39,586 bases of DNA from Candidatus Zixiibacteriota bacterium (GTDB lineage Bacteria > Zixibacteria > MSB-5A5 > GN15 > FEB-12). A model generated the notes under the pieces. It worked only from the letters and a program-made list of their open reading frames with translations, was not told the DNA's origin and made no database searches. Location: assembly GCA_041742355.1 (NCBI GenBank), contig JBGSIV010000196.1:1-39586 (forward strand). The letters are read 5' to 3'. Positions 28,622 to 37,963 of the stretch are shown here, one piece after another; the first letter of the stretch is position 1; every line of letters starts with the position of its first letter. Made by a program: the position numbers and the translations under genes.

Positions 28622-31600
28622 GGGCGACCCTCCGGCTTCGGCGACGATTCCACCTGGAGCAGCGCCTTGAAGTACGCCTTGATTTGCTCTTCGTACTGGC
28701 GGGGGTACTGCTCGCCGAGGTACTTGCGCAGACGATCTTCGAAATGCCCCTGATCGGAGAGCAGGTCGGCCGGAAGGCCCGGCGGCACTTCGTACACCTG
28801 TTCGCCGGCCGAGGTGGCCTTGCGTTGTTCGGCCAGGTCCTTGCGCTGGAGTGAGCGCGAGGCCTGCAGCATGCGGGAGTAGACCCGCAGCTGCCGTTCG
28901 GCCAGCTCGGGGCCGACCTCGCCTTCGGCCAGCGCTTCTTCGATCTCCTGCATTTCGCTGGAGATGTCTTTCAGCCGCCCGAGCACCTGGCGGGAATCGC
29001 CGAACTCATTGGCCAATTCCTCCATCGACTTGCGGATCATCCCCTGTTCGCCGGCCAGCCGCTGCAGCGATTCGCGCATCTGCGGGTTCTGGCTGCCGGG
29101 ATTAAACGAGGGGTTGTTGCACATTCCCTGCGACTTCTGATTCAGTTGATTCTGCTTCTGCGACAGCGACTCCATCATGGACATGTTCTTGTCGCATGCG
29201 CCTCCGTTCTCGCACTGCTTCTGCTGGTTCATCGACTCCATCAGCTTCAGGGAGGCCTGGTTGAGTTTCACCATCGCGTCGCGCTGGGCGCGAACCGCTT
29301 CGGCGCCGCGCTTCTCGGCAAATCCCTGGGTCGCCATATTCATCTGCGCCGTCGCCTCGTTGACCATCTGCGTCAATTCCGAAGCGACGAAAGGCGATTC
29401 CTTGCCCAACTCCGCGATCCGGTTCTTCAATCCGGCCGAAGCATCGACCAGATCCTTCTGCGACTGGGCCAGCTCCTTGAGCACGTCCGACTGCGCCGCC
29501 ATCTCGGCGGCCTTCTTCAGAAGATCTTCCTGCGACCGCGACAGGTAGTTGGCGTCGTCGACGGCCAGCCGCATTTCCTTGCGGAGAGCCTCGTTCTGCT
29601 GGCCGGACATGGCGCCGAACTGCTGTTGCATGGCGGTGAGCATCTGGGCGAGTTTCGACGAAGCCTGCTTGCCCTGGTTTGAGGCCTCCTGCTTCTGCTC
29701 TTGCTGCATCGCCCCGGCCATGTTCTGCATGTTCTGACCGGCGTCGCTCTTCTCCACCGACTCGGCAAATCTCTGGGCCGCTTCCTCCTGGTTCATCTGC
29801 GCCTCTTCCATCAGCTTGCGCAGCTCTTCCACTTGCTTCTGCAACTCCTCGAGGTCTTCTTTCAGCCCCTGTTCTTTCTCGGCCATCGACGGCAGCTTGT
29901 CGGCGGAGCTGCTGTCGGTTTTCTGATTGACCTGGTTCTGCTGCTCCAGGAGCTGTTCAACCTGCCGCATCATGGCCTGCATCTTTTGTTGCACCTGCAT
30001 CTGCTTCAGAAGGGCCAGTGTGCGATCGAGCCGCTGCAGCATTTCCTGCTGGGTGAGCTGAAGTTGCTCCATCGCTTTCTGGATCTCGTTGCGATCCATC
30101 TTCTGCAGTGCCTCCATGAGCTTGCGCTGTGCTTCCTTCAGTTCGGGGGTCGCCACCTCCTCGAAGAGCTTCTGGATCTGCTGCATCTTCTCGATGATCT
30201 CGCGGCTCATCTGGGCATGTTCGCCGAGCTTATCGACGGACTTGTCCATCTCCTCCGCCATCTTTTCGATGTTCTTCACCAGCTCTTCGTTCTTTTCGGA
30301 CAGCGCTTGGAGCTGCTTCTGCTGTTCCCAGTCCGCCTTGGTCTCGTCGCGGTTCTGTGCCTTGAGCTTCCGGGCCATATTCTTGAACTGCTCGGAGATT
30401 TCCTTCCCCTGCTTCAAGAGCGTCTCCGTATTGTCTACCCGCCTGGAGCTTTCTCCCTCGGCTTCCGCGATGATCTCCTCCAGCGACGGGATTCTCGCCA
30501 CATACTGCCGCGACCGGGTGACCTTCGGCCCTGATATGGCGTCGTTGTCGGCCACTTCAAAATAGTAGACGGTGTAATCGCCGGGATACATGTTCAGCTT
30601 GTCCATGTCCCAGTTGAACGAGACCTCTCCTTCGGTTTTGATCCGATCGGAGAAGTGCAGGACGGCGACGTGCTCCTCGCCGGGGCGACCCTGGGAGACG
30701 ATCGAGTACTTCAGCACGAGCGATGAGAACCCGAAATCGTCGAACACCCGCACCTTTAAGGGCAGGATCATCTCTTCGCTCAGGTTGACATTGACGCCGG
30801 GGAAGAGGACGTCAATCGACGGATACTCATCGGGCACCGCCGTGATGTGGTACTGAATCGGATCGGGATTCTCCTCGCCGAGGTGATCGACCACGCGGAT
30901 GTAATACCCTGACGACTGATCGACCCGCAGCGATACTTCGCCCTGCTTGCCGTTCACTTCGAGGGGAGTCCGGCTGGAGTCATCGAACACCAGTTCCCCC
31001 TGTTTGACCGGCAGGTTGGTCTCCACTGCCATGCTTACACGCGAGCCTACAATGGCCGAGAAGGACCCATTGTTCTCGTCAATCACACTCGGCACCATGC
31101 CGGTGTAGTCCGGGTAGAAGATCGACAGCTTGATGCCATTCACCCGCGGGCGATCGACCACATCGACTTTCTGGACTTCAGTCTTGATCCGGCCCGCTTC
31201 GACATAGTAGTCGAACGACCGATTGATCTGACGCAGGGTGAGCGCTGCATTGACCGAATCCCCGTTGTCCATTTGCGCCCGGCGGGCGGACTTCAGGTTC
31301 ACCTCGGTCTGCTGCCAGTTGCCGTCGACCAGGCGGTGGTGGATGACAGCTTTCTCCGGGAGGCGTTCGCCGAAAATCGCGGCTCCGATCTCGATATCGT
31401 TGTATTTCACCCACTCAGTTGTTCCGGGGAACGGCACCACCTTGTAAGCCAGGGGCGGGGCGATTTCGGTGGTCGGATTGGAGTAGACGAGGAACGCGTA
31501 GCTGAATATGCCCGGAAGGAGCGCGACCAGGGCTACTGCGAGCACCGCGGCCACCGCGAAGTAACGCCCGGTACGGAGCACCGGATAGTAGGAGAGGGCT

Positions 31601-32025
31601 TCGTTGAAATTAACAGCGCCGGCCTGCCGGAGGGCCTGGAGTTCGGTGGCGTGAATGAGATCGGCCGAATACCGTTCGGCGTCCTTCATGTGGGCGAACT
31701 GGATAGCGGCAATGAGGCGTCCCTTGAGCGCCGGGTTCTTCTCCTCGAGCGTTACCGCCACTCCTTCGACGGACCCGGCAAAGAGGTGGGCCAGGGCATA
31801 GCGCCCGAAGAGGAATACGGTCACTCCCCCGACGAGCACGAGCAGGCTGATTTTCAACCACACCGGCAGGACCATGACATTGGCCAGGAGCGACAGCCCG
31901 ATCGCCGCGGCCGTGACCGCCGCGATAGTCAGGAGCAGTCCGGAGGCAAACAGCACCAGGCGCTGACGGAACAGCACCCCATTGAGTCTGGCGAGCAATT
32001 CCCGGCTTGAACTCATCTCGGTCAT
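28618..32025 (-). CDS. DUF4175-like large membrane-anchored coiled-coil protein
   Basis: N-terminal TMs, 'PDYTG', 'DDFGFS', 'VADNDAISGPK' motifs, long Q/E/M-rich coiled coil, C-terminal 'YEEQIKAYFKAL'. Confidence 0.75.
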   Translation of the reverse strand: MTEMSSSRELLARLNGVLFRQRLVLFASGLLLTIAAVTAAAIGLSLLANVMVLPVWLKISLLVLVGGVTVFLFGRYALAHLFAGSVEGVAVTLEEKNPALKGRLIAAIQFAHMKDAERYSADLIHATELQALRQAGAVNFNEALSYYPVLRTGRYFAVAAVLAVALVALLPGIFSYAFLVYSNPTTEIAPPLAYKVVPFPGTTEWVKYNDIEIGAAIFGERLPEKAVIHHRLVDGNWQQTEVNLKSARRAQMDNGDSVNAALTLRQINRSFDYYVEAGRIKTEVQKVDVVDRPRVNGIKLSIFYPDYTGMVPSVIDENNGSFSAIVGSRVSMAVETNLPVKQGELVFDDSSRTPLEVNGKQGEVSLRVDQSSGYYIRVVDHLGEENPDPIQYHITAVPDEYPSIDVLFPGVNVNLSEEMILPLKVRVFDDFGFSSLVLKYSIVSQGRPGEEHVAVLHFSDRIKTEGEVSFNWDMDKLNMYPGDYTVYYFEVADNDAISGPKVTRSRQYVARIPSLEEIIAEAEGESSRRVDNTETLLKQGKEISEQFKNMARKLKAQNRDETKADWEQQKQLQALSEKNEELVKNIEKMAEEMDKSVDKLGEHAQMSREIIEKMQQIQKLFEEVATPELKEAQRKLMEALQKMDRNEIQKAMEQLQLTQQEMLQRLDRTLALLKQMQVQQKMQAMMRQVEQLLEQQNQVNQKTDSSSADKLPSMAEKEQGLKEDLEELQKQVEELRKLMEEAQMNQEEAAQRFAESVEKSDAGQNMQNMAGAMQQEQKQEASNQGKQASSKLAQMLTAMQQQFGAMSGQQNEALRKEMRLAVDDANYLSRSQEDLLKKAAEMAAQSDVLKELAQSQKDLVDASAGLKNRIAELGKESPFVASELTQMVNEATAQMNMATQGFAEKRGAEAVRAQRDAMVKLNQASLKLMESMNQQKQCENGGACDKNMSMMESLSQKQNQLNQKSQGMCNNPSFNPGSQNPQMRESLQRLAGEQGMIRKSMEELANEFGDSRQVLGRLKDISSEMQEIEEALAEGEVGPELAERQLRVYSRMLQASRSLQRKDLAEQRKATSAGEQVYEVPPGLPADLLSDQGHFEDRLRKYLGEQYPRQYEEQIKAYFKALLQVESSPKPEGRP

Positions 32026-32160
32026 ATCGTTATCCTCGGCGTTCGTGGTCCGCTGCCAGGGTCGCTGCGGCAGCCTTCTTCAACTGGTGTCGTAAGCCTG
32101 TGTATCTTATCTATATCGACGGTTTGACCGCGGTGAGGCGGGTAGAACAGAAAACCCCGC

Positions 32161-32919
32161 TCAGTATAACAGGGCGTACGCGAGAATGTTCACTCCCATC
32201 TGGAACGCCTTCTCCCGCAGATCGGACGGATCATTGTGCACCTGCGGGTCCTCCCAGCCGTCGCCGATGTCCGACTCGACCAGGAAGTACAATGCAACTC
32301 GGCCGTCAATCACAATCGCCCAGCCGCGCGGCGCCTTGGCATCGTGCTCGTGGACTTTCGGCGGACCATTCGGAAAATCGTAGAAACAATGGTACAGCGG
32401 GTGGTCGAAGGGCACCTGGACGAGTTCCCGCTCCGGAAACAGGTCGGCCACTTCTTTCCTGAATGTTGCTTCCATGCCATAAGAATCGTTGACGAAGAGG
32501 AAACCGCCTGCCTGCAGGTAGCGGCGAAGGCGCTCCCGCTCCTCGGGGTTGAACTTGATCACTCCGTGACCGGTTGCGAACAGGAACGGGTAGCGAAACA
32601 GATCCGGATCGCTTATCGTCACGACATGTTCGATCGTGTCTATCGGGAAGTCGGTGTTCTCCCGGACGTAGTCGAGGAAATTGGGGATGGCCGAGCCCCC
32701 CCAGTACCAGTCGCCGCCGCCGGAGTAGTGCAGGCGGGCTACTTTGAGAGCCGAGGGATTGGCGTTCCCTCTCTGGTTAGGCACGGCTTGGGGGAGACGC
32801 TGCCGGGAGAGGTCGACTGTCCGCTGGGCTGACACCGGCCCCGGGAAAAGCATCGCCTGCCCGAAAACCACTGCCGCCACAAGCGCGGCACTTCCTATTG
32901 TCCGGAGAAACAACCTCAT
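32161..32919 (-). CDS. DUF4159 domain protein
   Basis: ARLHYSGGGDWY, YPFLFATGHG, LRRYLQAGGFL, DHPLYH, DIGDGWED, AFQMGVNI motifs; N-terminal signal. Start trimmed to MRLFL. Confidence 0.85.
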   Translation of the reverse strand: MRLFLRTIGSAALVAAVVFGQAMLFPGPVSAQRTVDLSRQRLPQAVPNQRGNANPSALKVARLHYSGGGDWYWGGSAIPNFLDYVRENTDFPIDTIEHVVTISDPDLFRYPFLFATGHGVIKFNPEERERLRRYLQAGGFLFVNDSYGMEATFRKEVADLFPERELVQVPFDHPLYHCFYDFPNGPPKVHEHDAKAPRGWAIVIDGRVALYFLVESDIGDGWEDPQVHNDPSDLREKAFQMGVNILAYALLY

Positions 32920-33129
32920 ACACGTAATATACAGGTGAAGTCCTTCTTTCGACGCAGAAAAAGTGAGATCCTGACGCCGAATGTCCGGGGGGCACATCCG
33001 GAACCCGATCACGTGTCTCCGGGTTACGCATATACTCACCTTACGCCATGATCGACCCCTTCCGCCCATCATCCGCATCCGGGGCAGGGCGCTTCGTATC
33101 CGAAAACAATCCAGGTCCGGAGGACAGAA

Positions 33130-33567
33130 ATGAGCGGTTTACTCGATCAACTGAAAAAGGAGCACCGTCAGGTGCAGTCTATGCTCGAGGAGATGACACG
33201 GGAATCAGGCACGTCGGCTACCCGCCGGAAAGAGCTTCTGAGCGAATTCGAGCGGGAGATTCAGGGGCACATGGCCGGCGAGGAGCGCGTCTTCTACCCT
33301 CTTCTGCAGAAGACCGGCGACGCCAAGTCCCGCGCGCTGGAGTCCGAGGAAGAGCACAGCGTCACCAAGGTCCTCCTCGGACAGCTCCGTCAGACCTCGC
33401 CCGACTCCGAACGCTGGCTGGCCAAGGCCAACGTGCTCAAGGAGATGATCAACCACCACATCGAGGAAGAAGAAAACGAGCTGTTCAAATCGGCCCAGAA
33501 GATCCTCAGCAAGGAGGATATGGAGCAGATGCTGACCGAGTACCAGCAGGCCAAGGGCCGGTCCTGA
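33130..33567 (+). CDS. Hemerythrin HHE cation-binding domain protein
   Basis: LKKEH, HMAGEERVFYP, EEEH, HHIEEEE motifs; GGAGG RBS. Confidence 0.9.
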   Translation: MSGLLDQLKKEHRQVQSMLEEMTRESGTSATRRKELLSEFEREIQGHMAGEERVFYPLLQKTGDAKSRALESEEEHSVTKVLLGQLRQTSPDSERWLAKANVLKEMINHHIEEEENELFKSAQKILSKEDMEQMLTEYQQAKGRS

Positions 33568-33618
33568 GGATGGTGGCAGCCGCCCGCCCGACCGGGCGGC
33601 CTCGCCGGGGGAACGCCC

Positions 33619-34077
33619 TTACGGCGCAGCGTGAATCGGGATCGACCCGGAATCCGAGAATTCTCCACGCTCGAACGACTCCCAATCGCTCAACAGGGCA
33701 CGCCAGAACCGATCGGGAGAAATCACGCGCAGCCCGAGGCCCGGGTTGGCCGAGACTAATCCCCAGAACTCGCCATGGACAAACAGCAGCGGCGGAGAAG
33801 CCGATAGCGGGTTTCGCGCGCTCAGCGGGCTGTCGGACGATCCGTACGGTCCGTGATAGTTCAGGATGCTGGTTTCACTCTGCCCGCTCCCGAACCGGCC
33901 GACTGCATTGAGCAGAGATTCGGAGTGTTCCGGGCGGGCGACGCGGCCGAGGAATCGGCCGTCGGCCGCCACGAGGAACGACTGTTTCTCGTCAATACGC
34001 CGTCCCATTTCCACCTCGTCCTCGAGGTCGGCCAAGAGCTGATGAAGAATTTCCCGCGTGGGGTCTGCTTTTTCCAT
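33619..34077 (-). CDS. Hypothetical protein with tandem S-x-x-N-x-x-G-x-Y/F-G-S motif
   Basis: GGAGG RBS; DGRFLG..SLLNAVGRFGS..SETSILNYHGPYGS..SPLSARNP..PP. Confidence 0.7.
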   Translation of the reverse strand: MEKADPTREILHQLLADLEDEVEMGRRIDEKQSFLVAADGRFLGRVARPEHSESLLNAVGRFGSGQSETSILNYHGPYGSSDSPLSARNPLSASPPLLFVHGEFWGLVSANPGLGLRVISPDRFWRALLSDWESFERGEFSDSGSIPIHAAP

Positions 34078-34092
34078 GATGTATACCTCCGC

Positions 34093-34449
34093 CTACAGTG
34101 TCCGCAGCAGGCGTCTGATCTCCGCGACCGCTTCGTCGGCCAGCAGCAGTTCAATGAGGGCCGGGGCGATCGCGAGGGCTATGTTCTTGCGACGAATATC
34201 CCGAATCGCTCGCAGGGGCCAGTGCAGGAGCGCAGTCGTTATCACCGGCGGTATCGACCAGCCGTATCGGCCATCAACTATCGCGGCGATGAGGCAGGCA
34301 ATACCGGCCCCGAAAAGGAGTGCCACGAACGTGATATATGTCCACAGCTCTCTCCGGTTGGATTGCAGCACGGCGTCAATACGAGATAACGTACGGTCTA
34401 CCCGGTCCCGGGTGAGCACTGGCAGGTGCTTGTAAGTTTGAACATCCAT
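34093..34449 (-). CDS. Hypothetical two-TM membrane protein
   Basis: ORF from MDVQTY (118 aa) with two hydrophobic helices; ends 15 nt before the next start. Confidence 0.6.
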   Translation of the reverse strand: MDVQTYKHLPVLTRDRVDRTLSRIDAVLQSNRRELWTYITFVALLFGAGIACLIAAIVDGRYGWSIPPVITTALLHWPLRAIRDIRRKNIALAIAPALIELLLADEAVAEIRRLLRTL

Positions 34450-34583
34450 AGATTTGCTCAATGTCAGTATGGACGACACGACTAGTATCGGTCGCGCCCG
34501 ACACCGAATTGAGATTTTTCTCCAAGCCAATATCTCCGAGCACATTGGGCGCTGCTGTGAGGTAGATCCGCCGCGGCACGTAC

Positions 34584-34614
34584 AAAAAAACGGCCGGTGC
34601 TTTCACACCGGCCG
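34584..34614 (-). terminator. Intrinsic terminator downstream of secF
   Basis: CGGCCGGTG-TGAAAG-CACCGGCCG followed by T7 on the minus strand. Confidence 0.85.
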
Positions 34615-34741
34615 CCTCGTCCATCAACAGAAGAGCGTTTCTAATGGACTGAGTCCTGCTAAAGATCCGTCGGCTTCATTGCCGTGAAGAACCGTGGGAT
34701 GCGGCCGAATGTTCCGGATCGGCCGCTCCGACGGTTTTGTG

Positions 34742-35668
34742 TCATTTGAACCGTTTCGGCTTCCTGGCTTCCCACTCGACCACGATCGGGCTGGCCACGA
34801 AAATTGAGCTGTAGGTGCCGATGATGATTCCGAGCACCATCGCGACCGAGAAGGTCCGGAGTGTCTCACCGCCGAAGATTGTCAGCGCCAGAATCGACAC
34901 GAGCGTCGTGCCGCCGGTATTGACTGTCCGCGACAGAATATCGTTGATCGAGCGGTTCACCGCGGGGGCAAATTCCCCTTTGGTCCGCCACTTTTTCAGG
35001 TTCTCGCGAATACGGTCATAGACCACGACCGTGTCCGTCAACGAGTACCCGGCCAGTGTGAGCAGGGCGGTAACCATCAGCAGGTCGAACTCGAATCCCA
35101 AGAGGAGCATGATCCCGAGAACCGCGAGCACATCGTGGAAGGTCGCGATCGCAGCGGCTACACCCGACCGCAGATCGAACCGGATCCAGATGTAGATGAG
35201 AATCCCGATGAGCGAGATGAGGACCGCTTTCTGCGTGTCGGACCGTAGCGTTTGGCCGACCGCCGGGCCGATGATGTGCTCGGAAACAATCTCGAACTTG
35301 TTGCCGGCAAACCGGCCTTCGATCGCAGACTTCATCGCGTCGAGCCGCTGCTGACCTTCTCCTTCGGCCTGCGGCCGCTTGGTCTTGATGATGAATGCGT
35401 TCGGTTTTTCGAAATCCTCCAGGCGGGTAATCTGCGCGTCCGGCACAACCCCGTGCATCGCCGAGCGCAAATCATCAATTCCCACGGGCTGATCGAACGA
35501 TCCGTAGATCATGGTCCCGCCGGCGAAATCAATCCCCAGGTTGGCCTTGCCGGTCCACACGAGGACCGTTGCGATCAGGCCTCCGATTACCAGCACCAGC
35601 GAGATCGCGAATGCGATCTTGCGCATGCCGATAAAATCAATGTTGGTGTCGGGCAATATTCTAAACAT
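34742..35668 (-). CDS. secF: Protein translocase subunit SecF
   Basis: NIDFIG.R, LGIDFAGG, IGPAVG, YIWIRF, ATFHDV, GYSLTDTVVVYDRIRE, GTYSSIFVA motifs. Confidence 0.97.
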   Translation of the reverse strand: MFRILPDTNIDFIGMRKIAFAISLVLVIGGLIATVLVWTGKANLGIDFAGGTMIYGSFDQPVGIDDLRSAMHGVVPDAQITRLEDFEKPNAFIIKTKRPQAEGEGQQRLDAMKSAIEGRFAGNKFEIVSEHIIGPAVGQTLRSDTQKAVLISLIGILIYIWIRFDLRSGVAAAIATFHDVLAVLGIMLLLGFEFDLLMVTALLTLAGYSLTDTVVVYDRIRENLKKWRTKGEFAPAVNRSINDILSRTVNTGGTTLVSILALTIFGGETLRTFSVAMVLGIIIGTYSSIFVASPIVVEWEARKPKRFK

Positions 35669-35683
35669 GCGTTACTCTCCGTG

Positions 35684-37405
35684 TTATATGCTCAAGGCTT
35701 TGTAGGCCTTGCGGATGTCGAAGATCTGCTTGGTGATGACGTACGCCGTGTACAGCGAGAACGACACCCCGAGGAACAACGTGACCGCGAACCCCTTGAT
35801 CGGGCCGGACCCGAGCGCAAAGAGCGCCGCTGCGGTGATCAGGGTTGTGACGTGCGAGTCAAAAATCGCCACGAAGGCGCGGTCGTACCCAGCTTCGATC
35901 GCGGCGCGAATCGTCTTCCCGGTGCGCAGTTCCTCTCGGATGCGCTCAAAAATCAGGATGTTCGCGTCGACCGAAATACCGATCGTCAGAATAATGCCCG
36001 CGATACCCGGCATCGACAGGGTGAACCCGAGGCCGCCCATGAAGGCCAGGAGAAAGAAGATGTTGAAAAGCATACCGACATCGGCGATCACGCCGGAAAT
36101 GCGGTAGTACACTGCCATGTAGAGGATGACCAGGAGCAGGCCGACCAGCGAGGCGTAGAACCCCTTGCGGATCGAGTCGGCGCCGAGCGAGGCTCCCACG
36201 ACGTTCTTCTCAATGATCTGCACCGGGGCCGGCAGGGCGCCGGCCTTCAGGACGATCTCGAGGTTGCGGGCGTCTTCCATCGTCGCCGCGCCACCCATCG
36301 TGATCTGTCCGTTCTGGCGGATCTTGCTGTTGATCATCGGGGCCGATTCGACCCGGTCGTCCAGTACGATAGCCAGCGGCTTGTTGATATTTGCGCCCGT
36401 CAGCTGGGCAAACCGGGCCGCGCCGTCACCCGACAACGTGAAGTCGACCGAGAATTCGCCGTACTGCCCCTGCCCGAGGCGGATGTTTTCGAGGAACTTG
36501 CCGAGGAACTGCACCTTGCGTTTGAGCAGGTACAGCGTGTAGACCTCGCGCGCCTCACGGACTTCCGCCCGCGTCGACCAGGCCCATTGTACGTCGATCG
36601 GCATCAGGTTCTGCACCTCCGGCAGCGTCAGCCACCGGTCTATCAGTTCCTTGTCCGTCTTTTGCACGTAGAACCCCGGCCAGGACTCGTTCGTCTGCTG
36701 CGAGTAGAGGGCGGTCTGCAACCGCGAAGACAGCGGCTTATCGTTGGTGACATCCCCCGCGTTTTCGTCGAACCCGAAAGGATCGTCGCCGGTATCGGCG
36801 GCGCCGGTGTCGGTGCCCATCAGTTCCGAGAGCACGTCCGATTCACCGGTGTCAGAGGCGGGCGGTGTCGCCTGCGGTTCCGGCACGGTCTGGCCGGAGG
36901 TGCCGGCGCGCATCATTTCGTAGGCATGGACGACTGAGTCCGTCTTCGCCATCAGCAGCTGGGCGTTGTCCATGCCCTCGAGCAGCTTGAATTCGAGCAG
37001 CGCTGTCTGGCCGATGAGCTCTTCAGCCCGGTTGGCGTCGGTATAACCCGGGAGGTCGACCACGATCCGGTCTTCGCCCTGTTTGAGAATCGAGGGCTCA
37101 GCTACGCCAAGACCGTCGACACGGTTGCGGATAATGGCGATAGCGCGTTCCACCGCGCCATCCCGCTCGGTCGGGGCCAACGCCGTCATATCGACACGGA
37201 GCACGACGTGAATGCCGCCCTGCAAATCCAGACCCAGCCGAATGGCATCCTGCTGCAACTTCAGCAGCTCACCCGGCTTCTCCTCCTGCATCCGGGCTTT
37301 CTCGGCATCACTCATGGTCCAGAGCCGGAATGTGTCCCAGAATGCGACTACCGCCAGGATCACCAGAGCGATCGTGAGGTAGATACGCCAGTTGCTTTTG
37401 GACAT
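35684..37405 (-). CDS. secD: Protein translocase subunit SecD
   Basis: LGLDLQGG, RNRVDGLGVAEP, LAIVLD...SAP.I, LKAGALPAP, VGASLG, DANILIFERIREE motifs. Confidence 0.97.
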   Translation of the reverse strand: MSKSNWRIYLTIALVILAVVAFWDTFRLWTMSDAEKARMQEEKPGELLKLQQDAIRLGLDLQGGIHVVLRVDMTALAPTERDGAVERAIAIIRNRVDGLGVAEPSILKQGEDRIVVDLPGYTDANRAEELIGQTALLEFKLLEGMDNAQLLMAKTDSVVHAYEMMRAGTSGQTVPEPQATPPASDTGESDVLSELMGTDTGAADTGDDPFGFDENAGDVTNDKPLSSRLQTALYSQQTNESWPGFYVQKTDKELIDRWLTLPEVQNLMPIDVQWAWSTRAEVREAREVYTLYLLKRKVQFLGKFLENIRLGQGQYGEFSVDFTLSGDGAARFAQLTGANINKPLAIVLDDRVESAPMINSKIRQNGQITMGGAATMEDARNLEIVLKAGALPAPVQIIEKNVVGASLGADSIRKGFYASLVGLLLVILYMAVYYRISGVIADVGMLFNIFFLLAFMGGLGFTLSMPGIAGIILTIGISVDANILIFERIREELRTGKTIRAAIEAGYDRAFVAIFDSHVTTLITAAALFALGSGPIKGFAVTLFLGVSFSLYTAYVITKQIFDIRKAYKALSI

Positions 37406-37518
37406 ACTGTCTTCCTTTCAACAGTTTGCTGTCTATACGATTAATGATGGTGTCGTTCTGCGGCGCACCAGTATCGGGCGCGCAATAAACAGAATCTTGA
37501 AAAGCGGGGGCGGCTCGG

Positions 37519-37953
37519 TCAGCCGAGGCCGGAGGGTTTGGCGCCAACCAGCGTGAACTGGCGGCCAACACGAGGATCGACCGCAAAGGCTGAGGTCAGC
37601 AGCGGTCGGGAGGCAATCGTAACGGTAACCCGACGACAGGATTTTAGCGACGGCTGGTCATCCAGTACGAGCCGCTTGTCGCTGTTGTCGGTTTTGATAA
37701 TCAGCGGAAGAATCTGACTGGTCGAACTGGCCGGGAGCGGACGCCCGTTCGGCGTCATGCTCTGCTGCGGATCATCGGACGAAGGAGGAATGTCGCATTC
37801 GTAACCGGTCGCCAACGGCTCCGGCGAAGTCAATGCGATCCAACTGGTCCCGGCAACAAACAGCCCGGCCATCGCCACTGTCAACAGCAGCAACACCGCC
37901 AGGCCCGTCTGGGCCCCCTGCACGACCTGTTCGATCCGTACCCGTTTCGTCAT
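37519..37953 (-). CDS. secDF upstream ORF: single N-terminal hydrophobic segment; candidate translation-arrest (secretion monitor) peptide
   Basis: 144 aa; hydrophobic stretch GLAVLLLLTVAMAGLFVAGTSWIAL, Ser/Pro/Asp-rich spacer, C-terminal RQFTLVGAKPSGLG; same strand as secD, 113 nt upstream, directly after a promoter. Confidence 0.65.
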   Translation of the reverse strand: MTKRVRIEQVVQGAQTGLAVLLLLTVAMAGLFVAGTSWIALTSPEPLATGYECDIPPSSDDPQQSMTPNGRPLPASSTSQILPLIIKTDNSDKRLVLDDQPSLKSCRRVTVTIASRPLLTSAFAVDPRVGRQFTLVGAKPSGLG

Positions 37954-37963
37954 AGGATGCGCG

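Noticed and set aside
29100..30500. Repetitive-looking CTG/CAT-rich DNA
   Set aside because: Reflects the Gln/Met/Glu-rich coiled coil of the DUF4175-like protein; not a tandem repeat or CRISPR array.
34619..34690. Resemblance to a fluoride riboswitch (GGCAATGA...AAACGCTC...TGATG)
   Set aside because: The P1 and pseudoknot pairings required for the crcB motif cannot be formed.
35252..36937. 561-aa plus-strand ORF
   Set aside because: Antisense shadow of secD/secF; no motifs; typical of high-GC codon bias.
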